A stretch of 53,034 nt of DNA from a bacterium (GTDB lineage Bacteria; SZUA-182; DTGQ01; JAFGSM01): assembly GCA_049472355.1 (NCBI GenBank), contig JBLIRP010000015.1:1-53034 (forward strand), in the 5' to 3' direction. The position numbers were made by a program, and so were the translations under genes. Under the pieces are notes generated by a model, which saw only the letters and a list, made by a program, of their open reading frames with translations, was not told where the DNA came from and did not search any database. Positions 1 to 10,536 of the stretch are shown piece by piece (position 1 is the stretch's first letter; each line of letters begins with the position of its first letter).

Positions 1-528
1 GATGCGCTCCCCCTCCTTCATGTAGGCGGGGACCTGCACCACCAGGCCGGTCTCCGTGACCGCCGTCTTGGTCTGGGCAGCTGCAGTGGCGCTCCTGACC
101 ACCGGATCGCACTCCGTGATGACCTGCTCCACCACAAGGGGGAGGTCCATATTCACCACATTTCCGTTGAAGATGTGAAGGGTTACCTGCAAGCCCTCGA
201 CCAGGAATGGCTGCCGGTCGCCGATCTGTTCCTCGTGGAGGGTGTGCTGTTCGTAGGTCTCGAGATCCATGAACACGTATTCATCCCCGTTTTGATAGAG
301 GAATTGTCCTCCCCTACGGTCGAAATCGGGCTCGTCGACCATGTCCCCGCCCTTGAAGGTCATGTCCAGGACCTGTCCGGTGAGCAGGTTCCTCCCCTTT
401 ATCTTGACCAGCATATTTGCCCCCCGCGCCGAGGGGGTCTGCTTGGTAATGTCCATGACCACATAGGGGGTGCCTTCCGTCTGAAACACCCCTCCCCTTT
501 TCAGGTCATTCACGATGATCTGGGCCAT
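1..528 (-). CDS. yeiP: Elongation factor P-like protein (EfpL/YeiP type), 3' end runs off the window
   Basis: Not in the ORF track. Manual translation from ATG 528: MAQIIVNDLKRGGVFQTEGTPYVVMDITKQTPSARGANMLVKIKGRNLLTGQVLDMTFKGGD...FLYQNGDEYVFMDLETYEQ...TKTAVTETGLVVQVPAYMKEGERI. These are EF-P family motifs; the loop is PSARG rather than PGKG. GGAGAGG RBS upstream. Confidence 0.88.
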   Translation of the reverse strand, partial: MAQIIVNDLKRGGVFQTEGTPYVVMDITKQTPSARGANMLVKIKGRNLLTGQVLDMTFKGGDMVDEPDFDRRGGQFLYQNGDEYVFMDLETYEQHTLHEEQIGDRQPFLVEGLQVTLHIFNGNVVNMDLPLVVEQVITECDPVVRSATAAAQTKTAVTETGLVVQVPAYMKEGERI

Positions 529-872
529 AGCGTTGCATCTCCTCTCCCGGGAAATTCCGGCGTGTTGCGGTCACGATCGGCAGGACACATGTACGGTGCA
601 TCGATCGATGTGAACCGGCAATCCTGATGGTAACCGTAGCATTTACATTTTTTCTATTGTATCACGGATATGATGGCAAGGGCCATAGATCATTTGTGAA
701 TACCGTTACGAAGCAGTATACTGGGGGCATAACCATTACGGGAGTATCCTCCTCCATGCTTCGACACGGGTGCAGCGAATAGTCCTCTCTCAGGGCTGAA
801 AACAGTGCGCCGCTGGGACAGAGAGATCCTGAACCACGGGGGACGGGCCTGTACAGCGCGATGGAAGGGAGA

Positions 873-1865
873 ATGAAGACCTATCTTGATTGCATACCCT
901 GTTTTTTCCGGCAGGCCTTGGAGGCGGCCCGGATTGCGGGTGCGGATGAGCCAACCCAGAAGCGTATCCTCGAGGAGGTGGGGAAAACCCTGCCCTCCAT
1001 CTCCCTGGAGGCATCCCCGCCCGAGATAGGGGAGACCATCTATCGCATGGTGCGAGAGGTGACGGGCATCGGTGATCCCTACCGTTTGTTGAAGCAGGAG
1101 AGCAACCGGCGCGCCCTTGCAATCTACCCGGACTTGAGACAGAAGGTGCATGAATCGCATGATCCGATCCTTACCGCAGTGAAGCTTGCCATTGCGGGAA
1201 ATATCATTGATTACGGCATAGGGAGTTCCGTGAATATACGCGATGAGCTGCAACGAATCCTATGCATCGAACAGAATGCCATAGAACGGGAGGGGGCCGG
1301 GCTCTTCAACTACCCCGCGTTCAGGGATGCGATCGAGAAGGCGCAGACCATCCTCTATCTTGCCGACAATGCAGGGGAAACCGTGTTCGACCGCGTGCTG
1401 ATCGAGGAGATACGACTCCGGTGGGGGGAAAAGGAGATCGATTATGCGGTAAAGGCAGGGCCGGCCATCAATGACGCCCTGGCCGGGGATGCAACGGCCT
1501 GCGGGATACATCAGAGCGCACGGGTCATCTCGGCGGGGCTCCAGGCACCGGGAACCATCCTCCGGCTCTGCTCGAAGGAATTCGTCGAGTTGTTCGAACA
1601 GGCCGACATGGTGATCAGCAAGGGACAGGGGAATTTCGAGGCCCTCTCCCAGGAGAGGCGATCCATCTTCTTTCTGTTCATGGCAAAGTGCCCGGTGGTG
1701 GTCAAGGAACTGCGCTGCGGGCTGAGGGATATCATTCTCCTCCATAAACCGGCCCATGGGAGCGATGTCTCAACAACCGCCCCTTCGGCATGGGTCCGAT
1801 CCAATCGAATAACCAGTTCATCGAAAAGGGATGACGGCCATGGAGATAACAATACTTTTCAATAG
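873..1865 (+). CDS. DUF89/ARMT1-like damage-control phosphatase
   Basis: MKTYLDCIPCFFRQA, DPY..LKQESN, AIAGNIIDYG, LADNAGE, PAINDA, SKGQGNFEAL and AKC motifs. Confidence 0.88.
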   Translation: MKTYLDCIPCFFRQALEAARIAGADEPTQKRILEEVGKTLPSISLEASPPEIGETIYRMVREVTGIGDPYRLLKQESNRRALAIYPDLRQKVHESHDPILTAVKLAIAGNIIDYGIGSSVNIRDELQRILCIEQNAIEREGAGLFNYPAFRDAIEKAQTILYLADNAGETVFDRVLIEEIRLRWGEKEIDYAVKAGPAINDALAGDATACGIHQSARVISAGLQAPGTILRLCSKEFVELFEQADMVISKGQGNFEALSQERRSIFFLFMAKCPVVVKELRCGLRDIILLHKPAHGSDVSTTAPSAWVRSNRITSSSKRDDGHGDNNTFQ

Positions 1866-2553
1866 CGAAGGAATAAGTAACGATTTTGCAACCGGTTGGG
1901 GATTTTCCGCACTGGTCGACGGCAGTATCCTGTTCGATACGGGCGAGAAGGGCGACGCCATGCTCGCCAATTGCGGGTGGCTGGATATCGACGTGGCCGG
2001 TATACAGGCCGTGGTCATCTCCCACGATCATTGGGACCACACCGGTGGCCTATGGGCCATCCTTAAAAAACGAAAGGGAATCCCGGTGTATGCCTGTCCC
2101 GGATTCAGCAGCGAATTCAAGGGAAAGGTCAAGGAGGCCGGCGGGAGACTCGTGGAGGCGAAGGGATTTTTGGAGATCAAGAAGGACATGTTCGTGACCG
2201 GGGAGATCCTCGGACCCTCCTCAGGCCCCACCATCACGGAGCAGGCAATGGTCATCAAGAGGGGACGAGGACTCGTCACCCTCACCGGATGCGCCCATCC
2301 GGGGATAGTGAACATGCTTAAGGCGATACAGGGGCACTTCCCCGGGGTGGGGCTCCATTTCGTTCTGGGTGGATTTCACCTGATGGACAGCGGTCGCAGC
2401 AGTATACAGGATGTGGTGGAGGGTTTCCGCAGGATGGGGGTGGAAAAGGTGTCCGCCACCCACTGCTCAGGAAGCGAGGCGGAGGCCCTCTTCAGCGCAG
2501 CATACGGTGAGGCCGCGATCAAGCTCCGTGTGGGAAAGCGGATCGAGATTTAG
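1840..2553 (+). CDS. MBL-fold metallo-hydrolase
   Basis: GWGFSALV, ILFDTG, SHDHWDHTGG, TGCAHPG, GGFHL and ATHCSG motifs. Confidence 0.88.
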   Translation: MEITILFNSEGISNDFATGWGFSALVDGSILFDTGEKGDAMLANCGWLDIDVAGIQAVVISHDHWDHTGGLWAILKKRKGIPVYACPGFSSEFKGKVKEAGGRLVEAKGFLEIKKDMFVTGEILGPSSGPTITEQAMVIKRGRGLVTLTGCAHPGIVNMLKAIQGHFPGVGLHFVLGGFHLMDSGRSSIQDVVEGFRRMGVEKVSATHCSGSEAEALFSAAYGEAAIKLRVGKRIEI

Positions 2554-2580
2554 CCCGGAAATAATCGCCCAACATCCTGC

Positions 2581-2616
2581 GGGAATGGAGGGCACACAGG
2601 CGCCCCCCCCATTCCC
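2581..2616. terminator. Hairpin between convergent genes, possible terminator
   Basis: GGGAATGGAGGGC...GCCCCCCCCATTCCC imperfect inverted repeat. Confidence 0.4.
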
Positions 2617-2656
2617 CTTCTCCACAATGCATTGAGCAATTGCGATCAGAATATGC

Positions 2657-3145
2657 TCAAAAGGACCACCAGGGTTTCACCACCACGGGAGACTGTATCC
2701 GTGCAAACCCTCCCCGCTCATCGTACACCGTTGCATTCATCAGGTAAACCCCGGGAAAGTTCGGCGTGAAGCTCCAGTTGTAGGTCCCGGCTATCGGCTG
2801 GCCGGACGTCCCGATGGAGGATGCTGCATACACCCGGTCAGCGTCAGGGTCTATGACCCCGAATGTCCATGCAGCGGTCTGACCCGCCTTGGTGACCATG
2901 GGAAATGTCGGGGTATACACCGGTATGGGCGGGTGATTCAGCCACCCGTAAGACGCATAGGTTTGGTAGTTGTATGCCTGGGATGTTCTACCGGTTCCGA
3001 AATCCTGCAAGGACCATGATTGGTATGACGGGATATCCCCCTGGTATGAGAACATCCACTGCGCAGGAGTTGTCTGGGCGATCGCCTGGACAGCCAGGAC
3101 CATGCCCAAAATCCCTATGAGCATTGCTATGACAGACTTTTTCAT
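2657..3145 (-). CDS. Secreted hypothetical protein with a C-terminal Ig/PKD-like beta-sandwich segment
   Basis: AGGAGGAG RBS; signal peptide MKKSVIAMLIGILGMVLAVQAIA|Q; Tyr-rich N part; VIDPDAD..WSFTPNFPG.Y....TVYDERGG tail. Confidence 0.7.
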   Translation of the reverse strand: MKKSVIAMLIGILGMVLAVQAIAQTTPAQWMFSYQGDIPSYQSWSLQDFGTGRTSQAYNYQTYASYGWLNHPPIPVYTPTFPMVTKAGQTAAWTFGVIDPDADRVYAASSIGTSGQPIAGTYNWSFTPNFPGVYLMNATVYDERGGFARIQSPVVVKPWWSF

Positions 3146-3386
3146 GGCTCTCCTCCTTGATGGGGTGGGCGGGACATGAAAGATACATGTATGGAATACC
3201 ATTGTAGACGCCGAGCGCTGCCGGGCGTTACGCCCCGTCGCAGGCTGCAAGGTTGCCAGGCAAAAACCCATATGCACAGAAATGAGGCTTGCGGGTAATG
3301 GGGGAAATGGGGGACAACGAAATGCTCGTCGTGGAATACGAGCAAGGAGGATTTCCGCCTGCGGTCCTGGCGGACCAGCGGCGTGT

Positions 3387-3794
3387 CTACTGATTGACGG
3401 AGGGTGCCAACAGGGTGTTGATGTTCCTGATGAGTTCATCCATGTCGAACGGCTTGTACATCATCTGGTCGGCAGCGCTGAACTCCATGAAAAACTTCTC
3501 CCGCTCAGGATCATTATCCAACCTGCGGGCGGTGAGAAGGAGCACGATGATGTCCTTTGCGATCTTTCCAACCTTCATCGCCTCCTTGATGAAGCGAGAG
3601 ACCCTATAACCATTCTCTTTCGGGAGCATCACGTCGAGGACCACCAAGTCCGGCATCTGTTCCCCGACCTTATCAAGTGCCTCATGTCCGTCATAGGCGG
3701 TCAATACCTCAAAACCTTCCTGTTCCAGGCTGAATTTTATGGTCTCGACGATGTCAGGTTCATCATCCACGATGAGAATCTTTTTCTTCGACAT
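3387..3794 (-). CDS. Stand-alone response regulator receiver
   Basis: KILIVDDE, PDLVVLDVMLP, LLTA and KPFD motifs. Confidence 0.92.
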   Translation of the reverse strand: MSKKKILIVDDEPDIVETIKFSLEQEGFEVLTAYDGHEALDKVGEQMPDLVVLDVMLPKENGYRVSRFIKEAMKVGKIAKDIIVLLLTARRLDNDPEREKFFMEFSAADQMMYKPFDMDELIRNINTLLAPSVNQ

Positions 3795-4057
3795 GACCTC
3801 TCCCCCTTACTCGTCCATGATCCCGCAATCACTCCCTTGCCTCGTGCGCATTCTCGCCGCCGGGTGGCATCTCCGCATATATCCTCTGGGGCATCTTTCC
3901 CTTCACGCCTTAATGGTGACGAACACCCCACCCTTCTTACTGCATAAGGAAAAACTCGGGATTCGATATTCTCTCGATTTCCACTACCTTATGTGCACCG
4001 ATCGTTTCGCTTCCGTAGCAGCGTGCCTCCGCCTGAAATCATATAAGCACAGTTTTC

Positions 4058-4087
4058 AGTATAGCCGATAAAGCTCTTTCTTGTCAA
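4058..4087 (-). promoter_or_regulatory. sigma70-type promoter
   Basis: TTGACA-N18-TATACT on the minus strand, upstream of the receiver gene. Confidence 0.55.
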
Positions 4088-4165
4088 TAAATATGCAATC
4101 ACCGGTGTCTCGGTATCATTACCGGTCAATGCATTAACGCCGCATCGGTTTCCGGTGCCATAAAC

Positions 4166-5599
4166 CTAAGCCATTACCTTTACGATCAACGTCTCTCCCG
4201 TTGTCCCCTCGTCGGGATAGGTAGCGATCCCCAGCGACAGATTTGTCTTGGATGTCTTCTTTCCTGCTGCAAACCGATGCTTATAAAATTGATCCATGAT
4301 CCTTTTTTCCACGACAAGGGCTCCCTCGTGAGGGGTGTCGTGCAGGATCACCACGACCCTTCCATCCAGTCTCTGGTACTCCAGCGTATCACGATCCTTT
4401 CGTATGCTGTCGAAGACGACGCGGCAGACCTGGTCCATCAGTCTGAACGTCTCCTTGTTCCCATAGGTTTTCTTCAGGTAGTCAAAGCTTTCCAGTCTCA
4501 CCATCATCAATGAAAAGATGGTCTTGTTGTCACGGGCATTGATGATGGCATTATCCACCAGGTCCGTCAGTATCCGCTGGCTGTTGTAAAGAGGAAGGAT
4601 GAAGGCGAATTTGGTCCCTATGCCATACTCGCTTTCAACCCATATCGTGCCCTTATGCCCTTCTATCAAGCCCTTTATGATTGCAAGGCCGAGGCCGGTT
4701 CCCTGCCTCGAGGTGGTGCTGAGGGATTTCTCCACCTGGTAGAAACGGTCGAAAATCCTCTCCAGGTCATCGGGTTGGATGCCGATCCCATTATCCTCTA
4801 CGGAACACTCGATGAACTTTCCCTCATTCGATCCCTCACCAAGCACCTCCTTGATCGTGATCCGGATTTCCCCGCCCTCCTTGGTAAATTTGATGGCATT
4901 GTCAATGAGGTTGGTGAAGACCTGCCCGAGTTTGTCCTTGTCCCCGTGAACCAGCGGCATATCACACGTCACCTCTTTGGAGATGGTGATGTTTTTCGCC
5001 TCAGCCCGCTGCCTGATGGAGGATATGGAGACATCGATGGGCTCGTTCAAATCAAGGCAGGTGAATATGAGTTTCATCTTCCCTGCCTCTATCTTCGAGA
5101 CATCCAGCAGATCGGCAATGAGGGTCATTAGGCGATTGACATTCCTCGTTGCGATGTCAAGAAACTTCCTCTGATTCGGATTGATCTCACCGGTCTTCCC
5201 GCCCAGGATGATATCAACGGCATTCTTCACGCTGGTGAGGGGACTCCTGAGTTCGTGGCTCACCACGGAGATCAGGTCCGTCTTCATCTCATCAAATTCC
5301 TTGAGGGTCTCAATGCGTATTCGGTTGGACACCAGGATATGCTTCAGGTTCTTGATCTCCATCTCCTTTACCACCATATACCCGCAAAAAAGAAGGATGA
5401 AGGCGGTGAAACCCAGAAGGAAGACATTCATCTCATAGGAATCGAGGATCCGCTCCCCGACCTCGGGGCTCCCCCAATAGAAAAAGACGAGAATGATGAA
5501 GGCGGCAAGGGCCAACAGCAGGATCAAGGTAATGGTCCATAACTGCCAGTCGCGCCGCTCCAACTCATTGAATTGGTTATCTTTTTTGGACATTAGCAT
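4166..5599 (-). CDS. Membrane sensor histidine kinase with a C-terminal degenerate GGDEF-like domain
   Basis: Two TM helices; SHELRSPLT H-box; NLIDNAIKFT, DNGIGI and GTGLGL boxes; C-terminal KKTYG...SLGIATYPDEG GGDEF-fold elements without the GGDEF motif. Confidence 0.88.
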   Translation of the reverse strand: MLMSKKDNQFNELERRDWQLWTITLILLLALAAFIILVFFYWGSPEVGERILDSYEMNVFLLGFTAFILLFCGYMVVKEMEIKNLKHILVSNRIRIETLKEFDEMKTDLISVVSHELRSPLTSVKNAVDIILGGKTGEINPNQRKFLDIATRNVNRLMTLIADLLDVSKIEAGKMKLIFTCLDLNEPIDVSISSIRQRAEAKNITISKEVTCDMPLVHGDKDKLGQVFTNLIDNAIKFTKEGGEIRITIKEVLGEGSNEGKFIECSVEDNGIGIQPDDLERIFDRFYQVEKSLSTTSRQGTGLGLAIIKGLIEGHKGTIWVESEYGIGTKFAFILPLYNSQRILTDLVDNAIINARDNKTIFSLMMVRLESFDYLKKTYGNKETFRLMDQVCRVVFDSIRKDRDTLEYQRLDGRVVVILHDTPHEGALVVEKRIMDQFYKHRFAAGKKTSKTNLSLGIATYPDEGTTGETLIVKVMA

Positions 5600-6016
5600 C
5601 CCCCCACAGCGTTCTGAAGAAAATCCTTTGCCTTTTGATATGGGATCTCATTCCCTGTCAAACTGGTATGTGGATCGGGATTCTTCGTTTAATAGGGGCG
5701 TGCATGAGATAGGTCTCTCCCCCAACCATATTCCTCCATAGTTATATCTTCGGGAATCCCGCCCATTTCCTTCTATCAATCTGATAAGTATATTGTATTC
5801 CTTTGAAATATGTCAATATATTTTTCAATATGTTTATATAAAAAAAATGTGGCTTTATATATAATTAAATATAAATGGTCGCACGGTATGGGAGAAGGGG
5901 AAGGGGAATGGCCTTCGGAATGCCCTTCGGAGATGACATGCGAAGGTGATTATGGTAGACTTTCCATGAAACACGAACATAATAAGGAACAACGCACTGC
6001 GTGGAGGATACAGGGA

Positions 6017-6940
6017 ATGCCGAACATCTCAAAGACCGACACAATATGGTTTAACGGGCAATTCGTGAACTGGGACGACGCCAAGATTCATGTCCTCTCC
6101 CACGTGATCCACTACGGATCGAGTATCTTCGAGGGGATGCGCTGCTACACCACCAAAAAGGGGCCGGCTTGTTTTCGTTTGAAGGACCACATCAACCGCC
6201 TCTTCGATTCCGCCAAGATCTACCGCATGACGATTCCCTATTCCAGGGAAGAGTTGTCAGAGGCCATCCTGGAGACGATTCGAACAAACAACATGCAATC
6301 CTGCTACATCCGGCCGATTGTATTCAGGGGGTACGGCGAGATGGGGGTCAATCCATTGAAATGCCCGGTGGATACCGTGATTGCCGTGTGGGAGTGGGGG
6401 GCGTATCTCGGCCAGCAAGGCCTGGAAAAGGGGGTATCGGTCCGTTTCTCCTCCTGGAACCGGCTCGCGCCGAATACCATGCCGGCCATTGCAAAGGCGG
6501 GGGCCAACTACATGAACTCCCAGCTCATCAAGATGGAGGCAAATGCGGACGGGTATATGGAAGGGATCGGACTGGACACCATGGGATACGTGAGCGAAGG
6601 GGGAGGCGAAAACATCTTCATGGTGAAGAACGGAAAGATCTACACACCCTCCACAGGCTCCTCCATCCTGCCCGGGATCACCCGTCATTCGGTCATCGTT
6701 CTGGCGCGCGAGCTCGGCTACTCGGTCAATGCCCGATCAATCCCCAGGGAGGCATTCTACATCGCCGATGAGGTCTTCTTCACCGGGAGCGCAGCGGAAG
6801 TCACCCCGATTGCCCAGATCGACCATATCGAGATCGGCACTGGAACCCGCGGCCCTGTGACCAAGGCATTGCAGGATGCATTCTTCGGCATCACCTCCGG
6901 AGAGGCGGAGGACCGGCACGGATGGCTCACCCTGGTATGA
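6017..6940 (+). CDS. ilvE: Branched-chain amino acid aminotransferase
   Basis: [47 protein letters not shown] and TGSAAEVTP motifs; GGAGG RBS before ATG 6017. Confidence 0.95.
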   Translation: MPNISKTDTIWFNGQFVNWDDAKIHVLSHVIHYGSSIFEGMRCYTTKKGPACFRLKDHINRLFDSAKIYRMTIPYSREELSEAILETIRTNNMQSCYIRPIVFRGYGEMGVNPLKCPVDTVIAVWEWGAYLGQQGLEKGVSVRFSSWNRLAPNTMPAIAKAGANYMNSQLIKMEANADGYMEGIGLDTMGYVSEGGGENIFMVKNGKIYTPSTGSSILPGITRHSVIVLARELGYSVNARSIPREAFYIADEVFFTGSAAEVTPIAQIDHIEIGTGTRGPVTKALQDAFFGITSGEAEDRHGWLTLV

Positions 6941-6989
6941 ATCGGCGGGGAGTCCCCCGGACGCCTCGCGATTCAAGGGCAGTATTCAC

Positions 6990-8195
6990 ATGAAGATCAA
7001 CAAACGATTCATCCCCCTTATCATCATCCTCTGCGTAATCATTGCAGGTGCCGGTTTGGCAGGGCTTAAGTGGCTCGCTAAAAACGGCAATCATCGGATC
7101 ACCTTTTCAGGAAACGTGGAGCTTACGGAAGTAACCATCTCCTTCAAGATCCCGGGTAAGCTCGTAGATCTCACTATGGATGAAGGGGATTCAGTCCGCA
7201 AGGGTATGCTCGTCGCCCGGCTCGATCAGGAGCAGCTCGAAAGCCAGCGTGACCGGGCAAAAGCTGCGCTTGCAGCTGCGGAGGCCCACCTCGCCCAACT
7301 GAAAACGGCCATACAATACCAGCGAGAAACGACCCTGGGCCAGATCGAGCTGCGCACTGCGGAATTGAAACAGGTGGAAAGCCAGTTACAGGAGCTTCTC
7401 TCCGGCTCCCGTTCCCAGGAGATCGCCCAGGCCCAGGCCGCAGTGGATGCCGCGCGAACCGAGTCGGTCAGGGCAGGGAACGACTGGGAGCGGGCCCAGG
7501 CCCTCTACCGGAACGAGGATATCTCGACCGCCCGGTATGAGCAGATCAAGACCCGTTTTGAGAGCGCCAAGGCATCCCTGACCCAGGCAGAGGAGCGACT
7601 CGGCCTGCTGATCGAGGGACCGCGCAAGGAGGATATCGCATCCGCCCGGGCGCAGGTGGACCGGGCACGGGCAGCGGTGCGATTGGCGGAGGCACAAAAG
7701 ATCGAGACCCTGAGGAGGGAGCAGGAGGCGGACATGGCCGACGCCGAGGTTGACCGGGCACGCGCTGAGCTGGCCCTCATCGAGTCCCAGTTAAAAGACG
7801 CGGTCACACACTCCCCTATTGACGGGATCGTCCTGGTGAAGGCCGCCGAGGAGGGTGAGGTGCTGGCAGCCGGCACCCCTGTGGTGACCATCGGGGACCT
7901 GTTCCATCCCTGGATCAGGGGATACATCAACGAGAGGGATCTGGACCGGGTCAGGCTGGGGCAGGAGGTGCGCGTCACTACGGATTCGGGAAAGACCTTC
8001 CAAGGCACCCTATCCTTCATCGCCTCCGAGGCGGAGTTCACCCCCAAGCAGATCCAGACCAAGGAGGAACGGGTGAAGCTCGTCTACCGGGTGAAGGTGG
8101 ACCTGGAAAACCCGGAGGGTGCCCTGAAGCTCAACATGCCGGTTGATGCCGAGATCCTCCCCGGCGATGGAAGGGGTCCCCATGGGAGCGGATGA
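6990..8195 (+). CDS. HlyD-family periplasmic adaptor of an ABC exporter (YbhG-like)
   Basis: N-terminal TM, lipoyl/barrel segments, long coiled coil, AEFTPKQIQTKEERVKLVYRVK motif. Confidence 0.9.
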   Translation: MKINKRFIPLIIILCVIIAGAGLAGLKWLAKNGNHRITFSGNVELTEVTISFKIPGKLVDLTMDEGDSVRKGMLVARLDQEQLESQRDRAKAALAAAEAHLAQLKTAIQYQRETTLGQIELRTAELKQVESQLQELLSGSRSQEIAQAQAAVDAARTESVRAGNDWERAQALYRNEDISTARYEQIKTRFESAKASLTQAEERLGLLIEGPRKEDIASARAQVDRARAAVRLAEAQKIETLRREQEADMADAEVDRARAELALIESQLKDAVTHSPIDGIVLVKAAEEGEVLAAGTPVVTIGDLFHPWIRGYINERDLDRVRLGQEVRVTTDSGKTFQGTLSFIASEAEFTPKQIQTKEERVKLVYRVKVDLENPEGALKLNMPVDAEILPGDGRGPHGSG

Positions 8196-9147
8196 TTCCA
8201 CGGTTATCCGCACCTCGAGCCTCTCCCGGCGATTCGGGGACCTCACCGCAGTGAGTTGCCTGACCCTGGAAATCAAACGGGGTGAAATCTTCGGCCTGGT
8301 GGGGCCGGACGGGGCGGGAAAGACCACCACCCTGCGCCTGCTGTGTGGGCTCCTTGATTCCACCGAAGGCCGGGCATTCGTGGCAGGCGCCGATGTGGCG
8401 CGGCACCCCGAATCGGTGAGGGACCGCATCGGATACATGGCCCAGCGTTTCGGCCTGTACGGCGATCTCACGGTGGGAGAAAACATGGACTTTTACGCGG
8501 ACCTGTTCGGCATCTCCCGGACGGACAGGGAGCGACTCACCGGGGACCTGCTCAGGATGACCCGGATGGAGCCCTTTGTGAAACGGCGGGCCCAGCAACT
8601 CTCAGGCGGCATGAAGCAGAAGCTTGCCCTCATGTGCACCCTGCTCCACCGCCCCCGCATCCTCCTCCTGGATGAGCCCACCACCGGGGTGGACCCGCTG
8701 TCCCGGAGGGATTTCTGGGCCATTCTCTATGGACTGGTCAAGGAGGGGATGACCATCCTGGTGACCACCGCGTATATGGATGAAGCGGAGCGGTGCAACC
8801 GGGTGGGCCTGATGCACAACGGCCGCCTCATTCGATGTGACACACCCGAGGCGATCCGAAAGGGCCTTGAGGAGGAGTGCTACGAGGTGCAGGCACCGGA
8901 CCTGCGGGAGGCCCGAAGGGCTTTGCTCGCCTGCGAAGGGGTGCTCAGCGTTGAGCCCTCCGGCTCCTCCCTGCACCTGTTTCTCTCCCCGGAAAAGACC
9001 TCGCCCGAGGTATTGGAGCGCACCCTGAAAACCCAGGGTCTCGCACCCGTCACCCTCACCCTTATCCCCCCCTCCCTGGAGGATGTGTTCATCGCCCTGA
9101 TTCAAAAGGCATCCCATGAGTACGCAGGCGCCTGCACCAGCGGTTGA
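8182..9147 (+). CDS. ABC exporter ATP-binding subunit 1 (YbhF-like)
   Basis: GPDGAGKTT, LSGGMKQKL, LDEPTTGVDP and TAYMDEAE motifs. Confidence 0.93.
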   Translation: MGADDSTVIRTSSLSRRFGDLTAVSCLTLEIKRGEIFGLVGPDGAGKTTTLRLLCGLLDSTEGRAFVAGADVARHPESVRDRIGYMAQRFGLYGDLTVGENMDFYADLFGISRTDRERLTGDLLRMTRMEPFVKRRAQQLSGGMKQKLALMCTLLHRPRILLLDEPTTGVDPLSRRDFWAILYGLVKEGMTILVTTAYMDEAERCNRVGLMHNGRLIRCDTPEAIRKGLEEECYEVQAPDLREARRALLACEGVLSVEPSGSSLHLFLSPEKTSPEVLERTLKTQGLAPVTLTLIPPSLEDVFIALIQKASHEYAGACTSG

Positions 9148-10069
9148 GATCGAGGGCCTGGTCAAGCGCTTCGGTGACTTCGTTGCCGTTGACCATATCT
9201 CCCTTTCCGTATCCCGTGGGGAGATCTTCGGGTTCCTGGGGCCGAACGGCGCAGGGAAATCCACCACCATCCGTATCCTGTGCGGGCTCCTCCAGCCCTC
9301 CGAGGGACGGGCACTGGTAGGCGGCATCGACGTGTCGCGCGATCCGGAGGGGGTGAAGCGAAACATCGGGTACATGTCCCAGAGGTTCTCCCTGTACGAC
9401 GATCTCACCGTCGAGGAAAACATCTCCTTTTTCAGCGGCATCTACGGGGTGCCGGAAAAGGAGCGTCATGAGCGGTGGGAATACGTACTGGGGATGGCAG
9501 GGCTTGAGGAGCGGAGGAAAACCATGACCCGTCACCTTCCCGGGGGATTGAAACAGCGCCTTGCCCTGGGCTGCGCCATCCTGCACCGCCCTCCGATCCT
9601 CTTTTTGGACGAGCCCACCTCGGGCGTCGACCCCCTGGCCAGGAGGGGATTCTGGGACCTCATCTACCTGCTTTCGGCGGAGGGGCATACGATCTTCGTA
9701 TCCACCCACTACATGGACGAGGCCGAGTATTGCCACCGCCTGTCCCTCATGTACCGGGGAAGGATCATCGCCCTGGGGACCCCGTCATCCCTGAAGGGAT
9801 CCTTTTCGGCTCACGCCCTCCTCACGCTCGATTCCTCATCCCCCCTGGAGAGCATGAGGGCCATCGAGGGACTGGAGGGTGTCCTGGACGTAGCGGTATT
9901 CGGCAGGGGGCTGCACGTGCGGGTGATGGATACGGAAGCCGCTTCCTCCCGCATCCGCTCCACGCTGGAAGGGCGGGATATCGAGATACGGAGGCTGGAG
10001 CCCATCCGGCCCTCCATGGAGGACGTGTTTGTCGCCATGATCGAGGAGGAGGAGCAAAAGTCGCCATGA
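9116..10069 (+). CDS. ABC exporter ATP-binding subunit 2 (YbhF-like)
   Basis: [28 protein letters not shown] and THYMDEAE motifs. Confidence 0.93.
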   Translation: MSTQAPAPAVEIEGLVKRFGDFVAVDHISLSVSRGEIFGFLGPNGAGKSTTIRILCGLLQPSEGRALVGGIDVSRDPEGVKRNIGYMSQRFSLYDDLTVEENISFFSGIYGVPEKERHERWEYVLGMAGLEERRKTMTRHLPGGLKQRLALGCAILHRPPILFLDEPTSGVDPLARRGFWDLIYLLSAEGHTIFVSTHYMDEAEYCHRLSLMYRGRIIALGTPSSLKGSFSAHALLTLDSSSPLESMRAIEGLEGVLDVAVFGRGLHVRVMDTEAASSRIRSTLEGRDIEIRRLEPIRPSMEDVFVAMIEEEEQKSP

Positions 10070-10133
10070 ACCTCCGGCGCACAGGTGCGTGCTGCGGTTT
10101 CACAAGCGGCTTGATTGAACCGACGCCGGTTTA
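10047..10133 (+). repeat. Duplication/deletion scar: 5' end of permease 1 fused to 3' end of permease 2
   Basis: 10047-10089 matches 14631-14673 (42/43) and 10087-10133 matches 16905-16951 (44/47), joined at a shared GCG. Confidence 0.9.
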
Positions 10134-10446
10134 TACACTACATCCGGGAGTCTTTATCACGACCCGATTATATACCCCGCTGGTTGAACCGCACGAGAAT
10201 CATCTCGATAATAGACCAACCGGCAATCAACAAAAAGAACTCAGGGATTGTGACCCCTGTCGGCCTCAAGCACATGGCCCTGCGATGATTTCAATACCCT
10301 TCCGAAATTGCGCACTATTGGTATGCTTGAATCCCTTATCCGGTAAACCTCCTTTGTCCTTTTCAGGATACCTTCCCCTCTCCAGAGATTCTCCGGTACA
10401 CCATTCTCCGCTTCACCATCTGCTAAGTTCTAATTGATTATTTGCA

Positions 10447-10476
10447 TTGACAAAAATTGAAAACCCTGCCTATAAT
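10447..10476 (+). promoter_or_regulatory. Consensus sigma70 promoter at the start of the AT-rich islet
   Basis: TTGACA-N18-TATAAT. Confidence 0.65.
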
Positions 10477-10536
10477 TTCGTGCTGAAAAGCAAACCCTTA
10501 TCATTATCATTTATCATTAGGTCTTTGAGCCGGACC

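Noticed and set aside
175..627. 150-aa plus-strand ORF
   Set aside because: Antisense shadow of the EF-P-like gene.
3200..3270. Riboswitch or sigma54 site upstream of the 3145 gene
   Set aside because: No riboswitch consensus recognised; the GG-N10-GC hit has a poor -12 element (CAGC).
10047..10133. Repeats as a DGR TR/VR pair or prophage att sites
   Set aside because: Mismatches are not adenine-restricted, and there is no RT, integrase or tRNA target; the repeats are permease gene ends.
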